Of a DNA stretch of 64,000 bases, positions 1-8,301 are shown piece after piece. Below the pieces are notes generated by a model. That model was not told the origin of the DNA, made no database searches, and saw nothing but the letters and a program-made list of their open reading frames with translations. The number at the start of each line of letters is the position of its first letter. Within the stretch, counting starts at the first letter, position 1. The DNA is taken from IMG/VR virus record IMGVR_UViG_3300041411_000080, positions 248,001 through 312,000 of that record. The stretch is one strand, 5' to 3'. The position numbers and the translations under genes are program-made.

Positions 1-214
1 CTACGTTGGTCCCCGGATGTTTAGCCCGCTCGATGTTAGGGTTCTCAGCCAATCGATCCCAGATCTCTCTGGAGGTCGATACAGTGACATACTTCAAATC
101 AAGACGTGGTTGATGTGCACAGATAGCGGTATCGTAAGCTGCGAGCAAGTCTTCACCTTTAATACCGAAGTGACGACGTAGCATAGCGATCTTACTAAAA
201 GCGGCATGACGCAT
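1..214 (-). CDS. hypothetical protein, partial (MRHAAFSKIAML...), runs off window
   Basis: ATG at 214 with AAGGAG RBS; open frame to window edge. Confidence 0.7.
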   Translation of the reverse strand, partial: MRHAAFSKIAMLRRHFGIKGEDLLAAYDTAICAHQPRLDLKYVTVSTSREIWDRLAENPNIERAKHPGTNV

Positions 215-228
215 ATTAAACTCCTTTA

Positions 229-258
229 GGGCATAAAGCCCCTCCCGAAGGAGGGACC
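229..258 (-). terminator. hairpin terminator with TTTATGCC tail
   Basis: CCCTCC-TTCG-GGAGGG stem-loop followed by GCTTTATGCCC on minus strand, after ORF 264. Confidence 0.8.
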
Positions 259-263
259 ACTAT

Positions 264-1559
264 TTAAGCAACGATGGTTTCCAGAGGATGAGCAATACTC
301 ATCGCTTCGGTTACCAGAGTTTGTCGATCGATCGACATGTTGTTTTTCAAGACAGCAGCACGAACTTGTGCAACGATCTCTGCGTGTTTCTCACCTTGCA
401 GATCATCAGGCAGAAGATCCGGGGTGATGTAACGAGCCAGTGCGTTGTCGAGGTTCTGTTCGAAAGCAGCTTGACGTTCTTCGTTGGTCAGCTCCACCGC
501 CGGAACATCCATGTGCAATAGTGGTGAGGTGAGACCACGACCTAATACAGCAGACGTAATTGGTTCTTCGGCTTGATCCTTCACTTCGCGACTAACACGT
601 TCTACGATCGGAGCAGATGGGTCGGCTTTAGCTTGCATAGCGTTCAGCAGGTTAGCTTGATAGTCAGGCAGTTTCTCACCCGATGCCAGCTCTACGAAGT
701 CTGCCAGTGGGATCTCTTTCAACAGACTACGTTTGTAGCTGTCTTGAGTATCCTGTTGAACCTTACCCAGCATGTTCAGGATGGTAGCACCCAGGACACG
801 TTTGGTACGTGCGTTGCGCATGTTCGGCAGGTGGTTGGACTTAGGCTTGGACTTCTTACGCTTGACCTTACGCTTGGAATCACCATTGTAGTCAGCAACA
901 GTCATCTTGTGCTTTGTAGCGTCAACATTTACCTGACCCGCGGCTTCAATCAGTTCAGCCAGTTCTTGGGTGCCTGGAGTTTCAGGAACGGTCAAGGCGT
1001 CACCCATTTTGTTGTTATGCGACGAGATGATTGAAATTTCACCGCGACGCTCACCGCCGAATACACCATGCTCTTTAGCTTGGGTAAGTTTAGCGATTTG
1101 CTCAGATTGTTCAGTAAATAGGGTCATGATGCCTTTTTCCTTGAGGGATTGTTGGACTGCGAAAGAACCCATTAGTTTTGTTCTTTCTTGAAATTGAATA
1201 TGCCGTACGGCGCCTAAAGTTTTGTACAGCTCAGTAAGGTTTTCCTCGTGTTCATCGTAAAGCTCACGAGCAAGATCCATTACTTCTTGGGAGTCCATGT
1301 GTTGACTTGGGACTGAACCCGAAAAGGAGCTATAGAGCATCTTCAGGTTAGGATCGCCAATCAACTCCCATACCCGACTGTGTACTTGATGCTGATGGAT
1401 ATCGTTATTCAAGGTGGCATACTTCAGCATCGAAGGTTTCATACCCAAGGTGCAAAGCGTGCTACCGGACATGGGCTGGAAGATCTCTTGACAGAGGTTG
1501 TTACCCCGAATACGCTCTGCGTCAGTCCAGGTGTCAGTCTTATACGGGTGCGGCAACAT
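264..1559 (-). CDS. mosaic hypothetical protein carrying terminase-, helicase- and RNAP-like motif fragments
   Basis: long ORF; GGAGG RBS before MLPHP start at 1559; contains LGRGLTSPLLHMD, GGERRGE, ADYNGD and a basic KRKVKRKKSK tract. Confidence 0.85.
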   Translation of the reverse strand: MLPHPYKTDTWTDAERIRGNNLCQEIFQPMSGSTLCTLGMKPSMLKYATLNNDIHQHQVHSRVWELIGDPNLKMLYSSFSGSVPSQHMDSQEVMDLARELYDEHEENLTELYKTLGAVRHIQFQERTKLMGSFAVQQSLKEKGIMTLFTEQSEQIAKLTQAKEHGVFGGERRGEISIISSHNNKMGDALTVPETPGTQELAELIEAAGQVNVDATKHKMTVADYNGDSKRKVKRKKSKPKSNHLPNMRNARTKRVLGATILNMLGKVQQDTQDSYKRSLLKEIPLADFVELASGEKLPDYQANLLNAMQAKADPSAPIVERVSREVKDQAEEPITSAVLGRGLTSPLLHMDVPAVELTNEERQAAFEQNLDNALARYITPDLLPDDLQGEKHAEIVAQVRAAVLKNNMSIDRQTLVTEAMSIAHPLETIVA

Positions 1560-1935
1560 TAGCAACCTCCAACAGTCGATCTCGATGATCACATTCAGCG
1601 TGGATATCCGATGTAACTTTGGTCATCAGTGCGCTGATATTCTCAGCGTGTAGCGCATTAACTCGTTTGATGTACTCGTCACGTGGAAGCACTACCTCAA
1701 CATTATTGAAACCACCGTTGAAGGAGCCGTAGCACGTTTCCTGTGTGGATGGTTCACCAATGTCGTTCAGAATGTTGCTCTGGACACAATAGTCCACGCG
1801 CACAGAATGAATCACCCCCGGATATTCTTTATCCTTAGAGATGTGGTATTCCGGTTTCATGTCAGCAAAGTTCGTGAAGACACATTCGTCTCCCTGACGC
1901 ATCAAACGGGTATTGCCAGTTCTTACCTTATCCAT
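1540..1935 (-). CDS. hypothetical protein
   Basis: 131-aa ORF coupled to neighbours. Confidence 0.75.
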   Translation of the reverse strand: MDKVRTGNTRLMRQGDECVFTNFADMKPEYHISKDKEYPGVIHSVRVDYCVQSNILNDIGEPSTQETCYGSFNGGFNNVEVVLPRDEYIKRVNALHAENISALMTKVTSDIHAECDHRDRLLEVANVAAPV

Positions 1936-2486
1936 CAGTTATCTTCACTCAGTTTGTGTACGGTATGGTTGTGGTCTTCAGACAGGATTACCCAGTCACC
2001 CGGTTTCAGATGGGTCTTAACCTTAGTGAGTGGATGCACGAAGTCAAAGGTAGCGTAGTCATAAGCACCGAAGTGTTCTGACCAATCCATGACTTTAGTT
2101 TGGAGGATGTGTTCACGTGCCCATTCCAGGCAACCACCCAGAGTATGAACCGGAGTACCGTCAAGCTCACCGTCGCCACAACGCTCTGCAAAGCCGATAC
2201 GGATGGCACCGAAGACTTTGTGATGTGGGTTAGGGATCTTGGAGTAAGCTTCCATAAACGCTTGCAGACCAGCTTCAGTGATGGTCCAGCACTTGTCTTC
2301 ATCACCATTGAAACGAACCCATGCATTCTGTACCAGTTCCTGCATGTGAACCTTAGAAGGGATCTCACCAGCTTCACGTGGGTCGTTTACTACCAGCTGA
2401 TACAGATTGTCATAGACACCACCATCCATCTGTAGTGGGGTCATCATTTCCTTTAGCTTTTCTACATCAGTTTGCATTTGCTGCAT
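1935..2486 (-). CDS. hypothetical protein with winged-helix-like N-terminal domain
   Basis: WTITEAGLQAF wing-like motif, similar to upstream ORF. Confidence 0.6.
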   Translation of the reverse strand: MQQMQTDVEKLKEMMTPLQMDGGVYDNLYQLVVNDPREAGEIPSKVHMQELVQNAWVRFNGDEDKCWTITEAGLQAFMEAYSKIPNPHHKVFGAIRIGFAERCGDGELDGTPVHTLGGCLEWAREHILQTKVMDWSEHFGAYDYATFDFVHPLTKVKTHLKPGDWVILSEDHNHTVHKLSEDN

Positions 2487-2679
2487 CCTCTAATATCTTA
2501 GTGCCAGCGGTAGTTATACGGAAGAACTTTTCATCGCCTTGGAATTCATGCTCGATCAAACCCAATTGAACGCCATGAGCCGTACCACCCCATGTACTAC
2601 ATTTGAATAGAGGTAAAGGTCCTTCGGCTTTAAGTTGTATTAGTGCACGATGTACGTTATCAGGTAAGACTTCTGTCAT
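2467..2679 (-). CDS. small winged-helix-like protein
   Basis: LGLIE...FRITTAGTKIL typical wHTH C-terminal pattern. Confidence 0.55.
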   Translation of the reverse strand: MTEVLPDNVHRALIQLKAEGPLPLFKCSTWGGTAHGVQLGLIEHEFQGDEKFFRITTAGTKILEDAANAN

Positions 2680-2846
2680 CGCAACATCCCGATATAGTCG
2701 CAGGTGAATGGCCTCGCGTTACACCGATCAATCTCGGCTTGGGTCATGGTAGGCGCTTTAGCCGTAATGATCACCACTTTGTTATTACCGGTAAACTTAC
2801 GCATACGTTCGAAAAGTTGTTTGATCTCAGAATCATTCTTAGACAT
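2676..2846 (-). CDS. 56-aa protein (MSKNDSEIKQLFERMRKF...CDYIGMLR), not in ORF track
   Basis: GAGG RBS, ATGA overlap with next gene, first gene after promoter at 2899. Confidence 0.7.
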   Translation of the reverse strand: MSKNDSEIKQLFERMRKFTGNNKVVIITAKAPTMTQAEIDRCNARPFTCDYIGMLR

Positions 2847-2898
2847 GTTAACCTCAAGACGGAATAGATGCTAACGCATCGGTTTAGGATACGTTAGC

Positions 2899-2926
2899 AT
2901 GATATAAACTTAAAAGGGGTTCTATT
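2899..2926 (-). promoter_or_regulatory. early promoter variant
   Basis: AATAGAA-N13-TATATCAT, same spacing as the TATATTAC promoters; followed by hairpin 2868-2900. Confidence 0.6.
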
Positions 2927-3116
2927 AACCTAGGGCTTTTAGCACCATGGCTTCAAAGTCTTCTTCGCTCAACCCTACGAGATTAGGTCCCAACTCACGT
3001 ACTAGCTTAAGTACGCGTGTAGCCGACTCAATAGCTGACCAGCTGCAATCATCAAGACCTAAGCCTATCCCGATACCATCAATAACACTGTCAATTTTAT
3101 CTTTCATTTTATTCAT
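2925..3116 (-). CDS. hypothetical protein, paralog of 3322-3513
   Basis: shared AI..[AV]TR.L...R....N....SE....A pattern. Confidence 0.7.
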   Translation of the reverse strand: MNKMKDKIDSVIDGIGIGLGLDDCSWSAIESATRVLKLVRELGPNLVGLSEEDFEAMVLKALG

Positions 3117-3121
3117 TCTTA

Positions 3122-3322
3122 TTATCCCTTCTTGATGAACGTATGATCGAAAGCAAATTCATTTACTACATCAACAAAACTACCATCCATACGAGTTACA
3201 TTGTAAGAGTTAACCGCGTTGGCCTCCTCAAGGAACTTGACGGTCTTGCAAGTATCGGAAGAATCCATTACCCAATTGACTGGCCATTCAAGGCCTTCCA
3301 GCTTGACTGCGACAATATACAT
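3122..3322 (-). CDS. hypothetical protein
   Basis: 66-aa coupled ORF. Confidence 0.65.
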   Translation of the reverse strand: MYIVAVKLEGLEWPVNWVMDSSDTCKTVKFLEEANAVNSYNVTRMDGSFVDVVNEFAFDHTFIKKG

Positions 3323-3513
3323 TAGCTAATCACCTCATGTAGTAAAGCTTGAATGTTACCTTCAGATGTATACTCGATGTTCATGGCATCGTCTCTTAGG
3401 TATTCGAGGAGGCGAGTTACTTTCGTGATCGCCTCCATATTGATACCCATGCCACTAATACAGTCGTCGAGTTTGTCGCACAGGTCGGTTATATCTTCTT
3501 CGAATGTTTTCAT
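3322..3513 (-). CDS. hypothetical protein, paralog of 2925-3116
   Basis: 63-aa ORF directly after DNA polymerase. Confidence 0.7.
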   Translation of the reverse strand: MKTFEEDITDLCDKLDDCISGMGINMEAITKVTRLLEYLRDDAMNIEYTSEGNIQALLHEVIS

Positions 3514-3517
3514 TGGC

Positions 3518-5677
3518 TTAGTAGAAGTCCGAGATGAGACGGGTGTTCTTCTTATCCTGAAGCATGATACCCAAGGATTCCATGATCAGATAGAAGCTAC
3601 CCATCGTGTTAGCGATAGTTTGACGTACGTTTGCTACGCGGGTGATAACCTCAGGAATACCATGGTTCTCAACTACGGACATTGGTACGTGGAAGTTGGT
3701 AATGCCTTTCTTATTGTTCTCGAGTGCCCACTTCTTCAAACGCATAACCAAAGCTTTATCTTCGATCGTATCAAGCCATGCTTCAAAGCGAGTACGGTTG
3801 TCGATAGTCACAGAGATCTTAACGAAGGAATACGGTGGTGCTTCCAAGAAGCCAAACGATGGTTCGAATACTTCTTTCCAGAACTTGTACTTGGCATAGG
3901 TAGCGTTAGTCTCAGACTTGTATGCATCAAGCTTCTTCACTTTACCAGTCGTCAGGTATTCTGCCTTACCAGTATAGATCGAGGTCATGATGTTACGCTC
4001 AATGTCACCAATCTGTTTAAGCATTGCTGGTAAGTCGAGGGTTTCTTCGCGCTTGATTGTAGTGATGACGTGTTCCATCATCTTCTTAGCAGCTTTGTTG
4101 ATACGAGGTGGAACTTTAGAATCTCGTAGCCCAACACCTTTAACTTCCATACGTGCCTTAGCGAACATGATACCCTCTACCGCATCCTGAGACGCGTAGT
4201 AGTGTTTCGATCGGGTAGTCAGGCTCAGTACTGCGAAGTAGTATTCGTTCTTCATAGCAAGCAGGCGGAGCTTCTTGGATGTAACACCCATGTTGATCGA
4301 CTGCAATGCCAGAATGTGCATAACCACTTCGGACACCAAGAACACCAAAGCAAATACCAATCGCTTGGCTTCATCACTAAAGGTCACACGACCAAAGAAT
4401 TCTTCCACCCAGTATTGCATGGTGAACATAGTCGAGTCTGTGTCGGAGATTACTGCTGCACGGCGATAAGCCGTAGGGAACGCGTGGATACTTGGAGGTA
4501 CGTTCTTAGTCAAGAACAAAGCCTTGATAAACAGAATGTACTTATTCAACACTTGGGAGATATTGTTACCGGTAGCGTAGATCAGATCAAACACTTCCGG
4601 GTTTTCTTCAGCGAGCTTCTCGTTGTTACGACCTTTGATCGTATTGAAGTTGATGAAGCTTGCCAGCAACTGCATGTCGCCATCGTATTTGTTGTATTCG
4701 TCTTTAGAGACAACTTGATCTGGTGTACCTACACGAGACAACTCATTCAAGAACCCTTTAACGAGGTCTGGGTTGTATTTGTAAGTGTGGTATAGATCAC
4801 CAACGTACATAATAGCTGCACGGCCAATCGGGGACATACCCGCTGCGAGTTTACGCAGCTGTGCAGTGTATTCAGGGTTGGACCAGTAGTGGGTAGTCGA
4901 ATAGAGGATCATGTCAATGATCTCATCGGCTGTAGGGTAATGCATATTGAAACGCTGCATGCAGTCTTCAAGCATCTTAAGGTCGGTGTTATTGACCAGA
5001 CTGAGCATATTAGCTTTAGTCACTTCTGGGGAGTAGTAGTGACGGTTACCCATGATGAACTTCTCATTGTTTGCGTTAGCATAAGAAGTTGCAGTACGAC
5101 AAGTAGATGTCAGACTCGAGTGGGTAGACTTGTAATAGAGAATCGTTGCAGCACTAACGGTGGCTCCTGAGTAGGAGTTATTGTTAATTTTGAAGTTCTC
5201 TTGTTCGCCTTTACGAACCTGTGCTAATTCGAGTGCTTCAGCTGTACCCTCACCTTCCAACCGCATTTGCTCTTTCTTAACCGCTTTACGGTTAGCAACG
5301 CCTTCTTCAATGTACTTGGCATGAGTAGATGCTCGGATTTCTTCTGGTAGATAAACAGTCATGCTCGGACTGAGCAGCAGTTTCTGCTTCTTTACACGAC
5401 CAAGGTATTGACTGAATCGGACAACCTTCTTCTCCCGATCGCCATTCTCACCTTTGTCCAGAATCATCGTCTTAGGATCGTTGAGTTCGAACTGACCACC
5501 GGGGGCCATAGTCGACTGTACATAAGCCAAGCATTTATCCAGATCATCTCCGGTCATGCTAGAAAGGTACAGCGCTGTGTCACGCATCAGTGGGTTAACA
5601 ATCTCGAGTTCACGCTGATATTCAGAAATGTCTTGGTAAAAGGGATTTGGTTTTACATCGGTGTGAGTTTGTTCCAT
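3518..5677 (-). CDS. family B DNA polymerase, polymerase subunit of split enzyme (phiKZ gp50-like)
   Basis: motif B QENFKINNNSYSG, motif C ISDTDSTMF, KHYY and EVKGV motifs; no exonuclease domain seen. Confidence 0.92.
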   Translation of the reverse strand: MEQTHTDVKPNPFYQDISEYQRELEIVNPLMRDTALYLSSMTGDDLDKCLAYVQSTMAPGGQFELNDPKTMILDKGENGDREKKVVRFSQYLGRVKKQKLLLSPSMTVYLPEEIRASTHAKYIEEGVANRKAVKKEQMRLEGEGTAEALELAQVRKGEQENFKINNNSYSGATVSAATILYYKSTHSSLTSTCRTATSYANANNEKFIMGNRHYYSPEVTKANMLSLVNNTDLKMLEDCMQRFNMHYPTADEIIDMILYSTTHYWSNPEYTAQLRKLAAGMSPIGRAAIMYVGDLYHTYKYNPDLVKGFLNELSRVGTPDQVVSKDEYNKYDGDMQLLASFINFNTIKGRNNEKLAEENPEVFDLIYATGNNISQVLNKYILFIKALFLTKNVPPSIHAFPTAYRRAAVISDTDSTMFTMQYWVEEFFGRVTFSDEAKRLVFALVFLVSEVVMHILALQSINMGVTSKKLRLLAMKNEYYFAVLSLTTRSKHYYASQDAVEGIMFAKARMEVKGVGLRDSKVPPRINKAAKKMMEHVITTIKREETLDLPAMLKQIGDIERNIMTSIYTGKAEYLTTGKVKKLDAYKSETNATYAKYKFWKEVFEPSFGFLEAPPYSFVKISVTIDNRTRFEAWLDTIEDKALVMRLKKWALENNKKGITNFHVPMSVVENHGIPEVITRVANVRQTIANTMGSFYLIMESLGIMLQDKKNTRLISDFY

Positions 5678-5736
5678 GAGAACCTCCAGAAATACATATT
5701 AGGAGGCTGTCAAGTAAAAAAAGAAAGAAGGGAAAT

Positions 5737-5757
5737 GGGCTACCCGAAGGTAGCCCG
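5737..5757 (-). terminator. hairpin terminator
   Basis: GGGCTACC-TTCG-GGTAGCCC followed by T-rich run on minus strand. Confidence 0.75.
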
Positions 5758-5764
5758 AATGGGT

Positions 5765-6085
5765 TTACAGATACTTCGAGTAAAGCTTTTCGTTGTAGGC
5801 ATTCAACTCCGCATGATGCACGCCACTGAAGAGGTGGGTGATATCGTTAGCGATGTTGTAGTGCACACCTTTGACGATTTCCTTACGGGTATCGTCATTG
5901 ATGTTGATGGCCTCGAGGTGCTTGTAGCGCTCATCCATAGAACGCTTGAACGCCGTGAGGTCAACGTGGTGGGTATGGACCTGCACGTTCTCACGCTTGG
6001 CCTTTACCGCAATCCATACCGATGCTCCAACAATCAACGTCGTAGCAGTGGCAACACCAGCGAGTACGTAGTTGTTAATTTCCAT
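5765..6085 (-). CDS. early membrane-anchored hypothetical protein
   Basis: AGGAG RBS, N-terminal hydrophobic helix, own early promoter. Confidence 0.8.
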   Translation of the reverse strand: MEINNYVLAGVATATTLIVGASVWIAVKAKRENVQVHTHHVDLTAFKRSMDERYKHLEAININDDTRKEIVKGVHYNIANDITHLFSGVHHAELNAYNEKLYSKYL

Positions 6086-6132
6086 GGTATTACTCCTGAA
6101 AAGGAAGGGATTTGTGTACGTATTGCACAAGA

Positions 6133-6160
6133 GTAATATAGGGATTAAACCGGTTCTAAT
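6133..6160 (-). promoter_or_regulatory. early (virion RNAP) promoter
   Basis: ATTAGAA-N13-TATATTAC; TATATTAC is the phiKZ early promoter motif. Confidence 0.8.
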
Positions 6161-6170
6161 AAAAAAGAAA

Positions 6171-6202
6171 GGGCATAAAACCCTCTCCGAAGAGAGGGCT
6201 TT
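6171..6202 (-). terminator. hairpin terminator with TTTTATGCC tail
   Basis: CCCTCTC-TTCG-GAGAGGG then TTTTATGCCC. Confidence 0.8.
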
Positions 6203-6204
6203 AG

Positions 6205-6612
6205 TTAAACAAAAGTAACCGAGGTAGGATTCTCACCTTGGGCTTTGACTGCGGCCAAGATACGGTCCTTACGAGTTTCATCAAAGTCGTCGAACACCAT
6301 AGTCAGACGTTTACCGTTATGCACCGATAGGGTCCCAGTACGAATCCATGGAATACCAAGGATCTGAGTTTCCCCAGAACTGAAACGGATCTGGAAATAG
6401 TTGTACTGGGTTGGATCTACCGGCGTACCCGATGGGAGTGACTGGTAAACGTTTTGGTTAGCGCCTACTACGTCGAAGCCGAGCATCCGGGCAATGCCAG
6501 CATCGAACACGGCTGTAAGGGTTACGGCTTTAAAGTTGTTACCGTACTGTGCAGATGGGTATACCTCAAAGGAGATTACTGTGCCGATTGGGATCTCTTG
6601 AATAGTTGCCAT
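6205..6612 (-). CDS. conserved phiKZ-family protein (gp49-like by position)
   Basis: 135 aa, next to DNA polymerase, ILGIPWIR motif; homolog number from recalled synteny. Confidence 0.6.
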   Translation of the reverse strand: MATIQEIPIGTVISFEVYPSAQYGNNFKAVTLTAVFDAGIARMLGFDVVGANQNVYQSLPSGTPVDPTQYNYFQIRFSSGETQILGIPWIRTGTLSVHNGKRLTMVFDDFDETRKDRILAAVKAQGENPTSVTFV

Positions 6613-6627
6613 GGTGATACCGATTGT

Positions 6628-7083
6628 TTATGGATTCATATCTTTGGGGATAACTACGAATCCAAACGTTCCTTCGAAGTCCAAAGGCATCATGGTAACG
6701 ACTGTTACATTAGGGTGAGTCTTATAGAACTCAGTAAGGATTTCTTTAACCGATACGGCATCAGCATCCTCAAAGAACTCGTCTGGGTAATGAGCATCAC
6801 GAAAGTACTGACGGTAAGTATCACGAATCTCGTACTGAAATGAATCGAAGAATGAGACAGCAACTGTTGTTAACTCAATTGCCAACTCAGCCTTCGTCTT
6901 ACATTTAGCCATTCGACTATAGATACTGAAGTCACCCCTTGGTTCTGAATGAAACTTAAGGCGTAACTCGTAATCCTCGAGTACTCGTCCAGTGGCGTCA
7001 TTAAGATCTATCTTCCAGCGTTCAGCTAGGATAGGTCCCGCCCAAGGGACCATGGTGATAAAGCTATACTTTGGGATGTCCAT
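6628..7083 (-). CDS. hypothetical protein, tandem paralog of 7064-7489
   Basis: C-terminal PNVTVVTMMPLDFEGTFGFVV. Confidence 0.8.
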   Translation of the reverse strand: MDIPKYSFITMVPWAGPILAERWKIDLNDATGRVLEDYELRLKFHSEPRGDFSIYSRMAKCKTKAELAIELTTVAVSFFDSFQYEIRDTYRQYFRDAHYPDEFFEDADAVSVKEILTEFYKTHPNVTVVTMMPLDFEGTFGFVVIPKDMNP

Positions 7084-7489
7084 TTGTAACCGCCTTAACT
7101 ACGAAACCGAAGGTGCCTTTGAGATCCAATGGAATCAAACTCTGTACCGTAAAGTTAGGTTCGTTCTTCTGGAACTCAGTTACGATCTTAATAACGTCGT
7201 GCATGTCGGGTGTCTCATTACCTTCGATCAACTGCTCAACCAGATCATCATCGTAGAATGTCATGGCGTAGTGATCGAACGTATCAATAACCTTGCGCTG
7301 GAACTTTCTCAGATCTAGGCCGTTAGCTAAAACATGGTCGATAATCCTTAGGACAGCTGGATCTTCTGGACAATCCTCATTGGCATGCATCTCTTTTTTA
7401 TGTTGCTCGAACTCATCGATGAATCGCTGAGCTATGAGGGGACCATTAGTAGGTTCCCCTACAATGAATAGGTTTGTGACTGCCATCAT
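7064..7489 (-). CDS. hypothetical protein, tandem paralog of 6628-7083
   Basis: C-terminal PNFTVQSLIPLDLKGTFGFVV. Confidence 0.8.
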   Translation of the reverse strand: MMAVTNLFIVGEPTNGPLIAQRFIDEFEQHKKEMHANEDCPEDPAVLRIIDHVLANGLDLRKFQRKVIDTFDHYAMTFYDDDLVEQLIEGNETPDMHDVIKIVTEFQKNEPNFTVQSLIPLDLKGTFGFVVKAVTNGHPKV

Positions 7490-8301
7490 ATTAGTCCGTG
7501 CTCCGGGAATATAGCTGGTAGCATTACTACGGGGGCTTCAGCGAGAGTAGTTACTGTATCCTTGATACCATTGAAGGTTACGCGGGGCGCCATGTTACGA
7601 TAACGACTCTCGAACGTGGGGTTAGCGATCTCTTCTACCATAGCTTTATTAAGGGCTTGAGAATATACACCCCATGCTTGGTTAGTTTCTTGTTCTCGCA
7701 GTTCTTTCTTCCTCATCTCCCAACGAGCTAGGACTTCAGGTGAATCATTAATGATCATACCCTTAAGGTCATCTTCCTTAGGATCGTACGACTCAGCATT
7801 CTCTGGGCTTTCACCGAATACCAAGTAGTACGACTCATTGGTGTTGAGGGTATAAGATTCAACCTTCTCGATAGACTGACCTGCACGAGACAGGTCCTCT
7901 ATTACTGGAGAGAGCATCCCAGCCAAGTTACCGCACGCCATTGCAAACAGAGCCGATAAGTAACTCAGGGTTTGTGGGTTCTCGTTGATGTGATCCTGTA
8001 TAAGTTTGAATGAGTCATTTAGATAGTAGCTGAACTCAATAGCTTTTGGGTTCTGCATACCAGCATTGAATTGTAGGTAGTGTTCCAGTGCATCTTTGAG
8101 CAGTCCTTTAATAGACAACTCATCGTACGCCGTTAGAGTTCCTGTCTCATCGAAGAACTCAAGGTGTTGCGGATGACCGACTGGATAACGTGCTGTAGCA
8201 ACTTTGTATGCAGCATTACGAATCACGTCAGCCATCTGTGTTAACGTGTGTTCGATTTCATGATGGTTGATCATCATTCCGATTGTGCGTGATTGATTCA
8301 T
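7486..8301 (-). CDS. hypothetical protein with C-terminal tail-sheath-like peptide
   Basis: 271 aa; NMAPRVTFNGIKD resembles the sheath N-terminus. Confidence 0.85.
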   Translation of the reverse strand: MNQSRTIGMMINHHEIEHTLTQMADVIRNAAYKVATARYPVGHPQHLEFFDETGTLTAYDELSIKGLLKDALEHYLQFNAGMQNPKAIEFSYYLNDSFKLIQDHINENPQTLSYLSALFAMACGNLAGMLSPVIEDLSRAGQSIEKVESYTLNTNESYYLVFGESPENAESYDPKEDDLKGMIINDSPEVLARWEMRKKELREQETNQAWGVYSQALNKAMVEEIANPTFESRYRNMAPRVTFNGIKDTVTTLAEAPVVMLPAIFPEHGLI

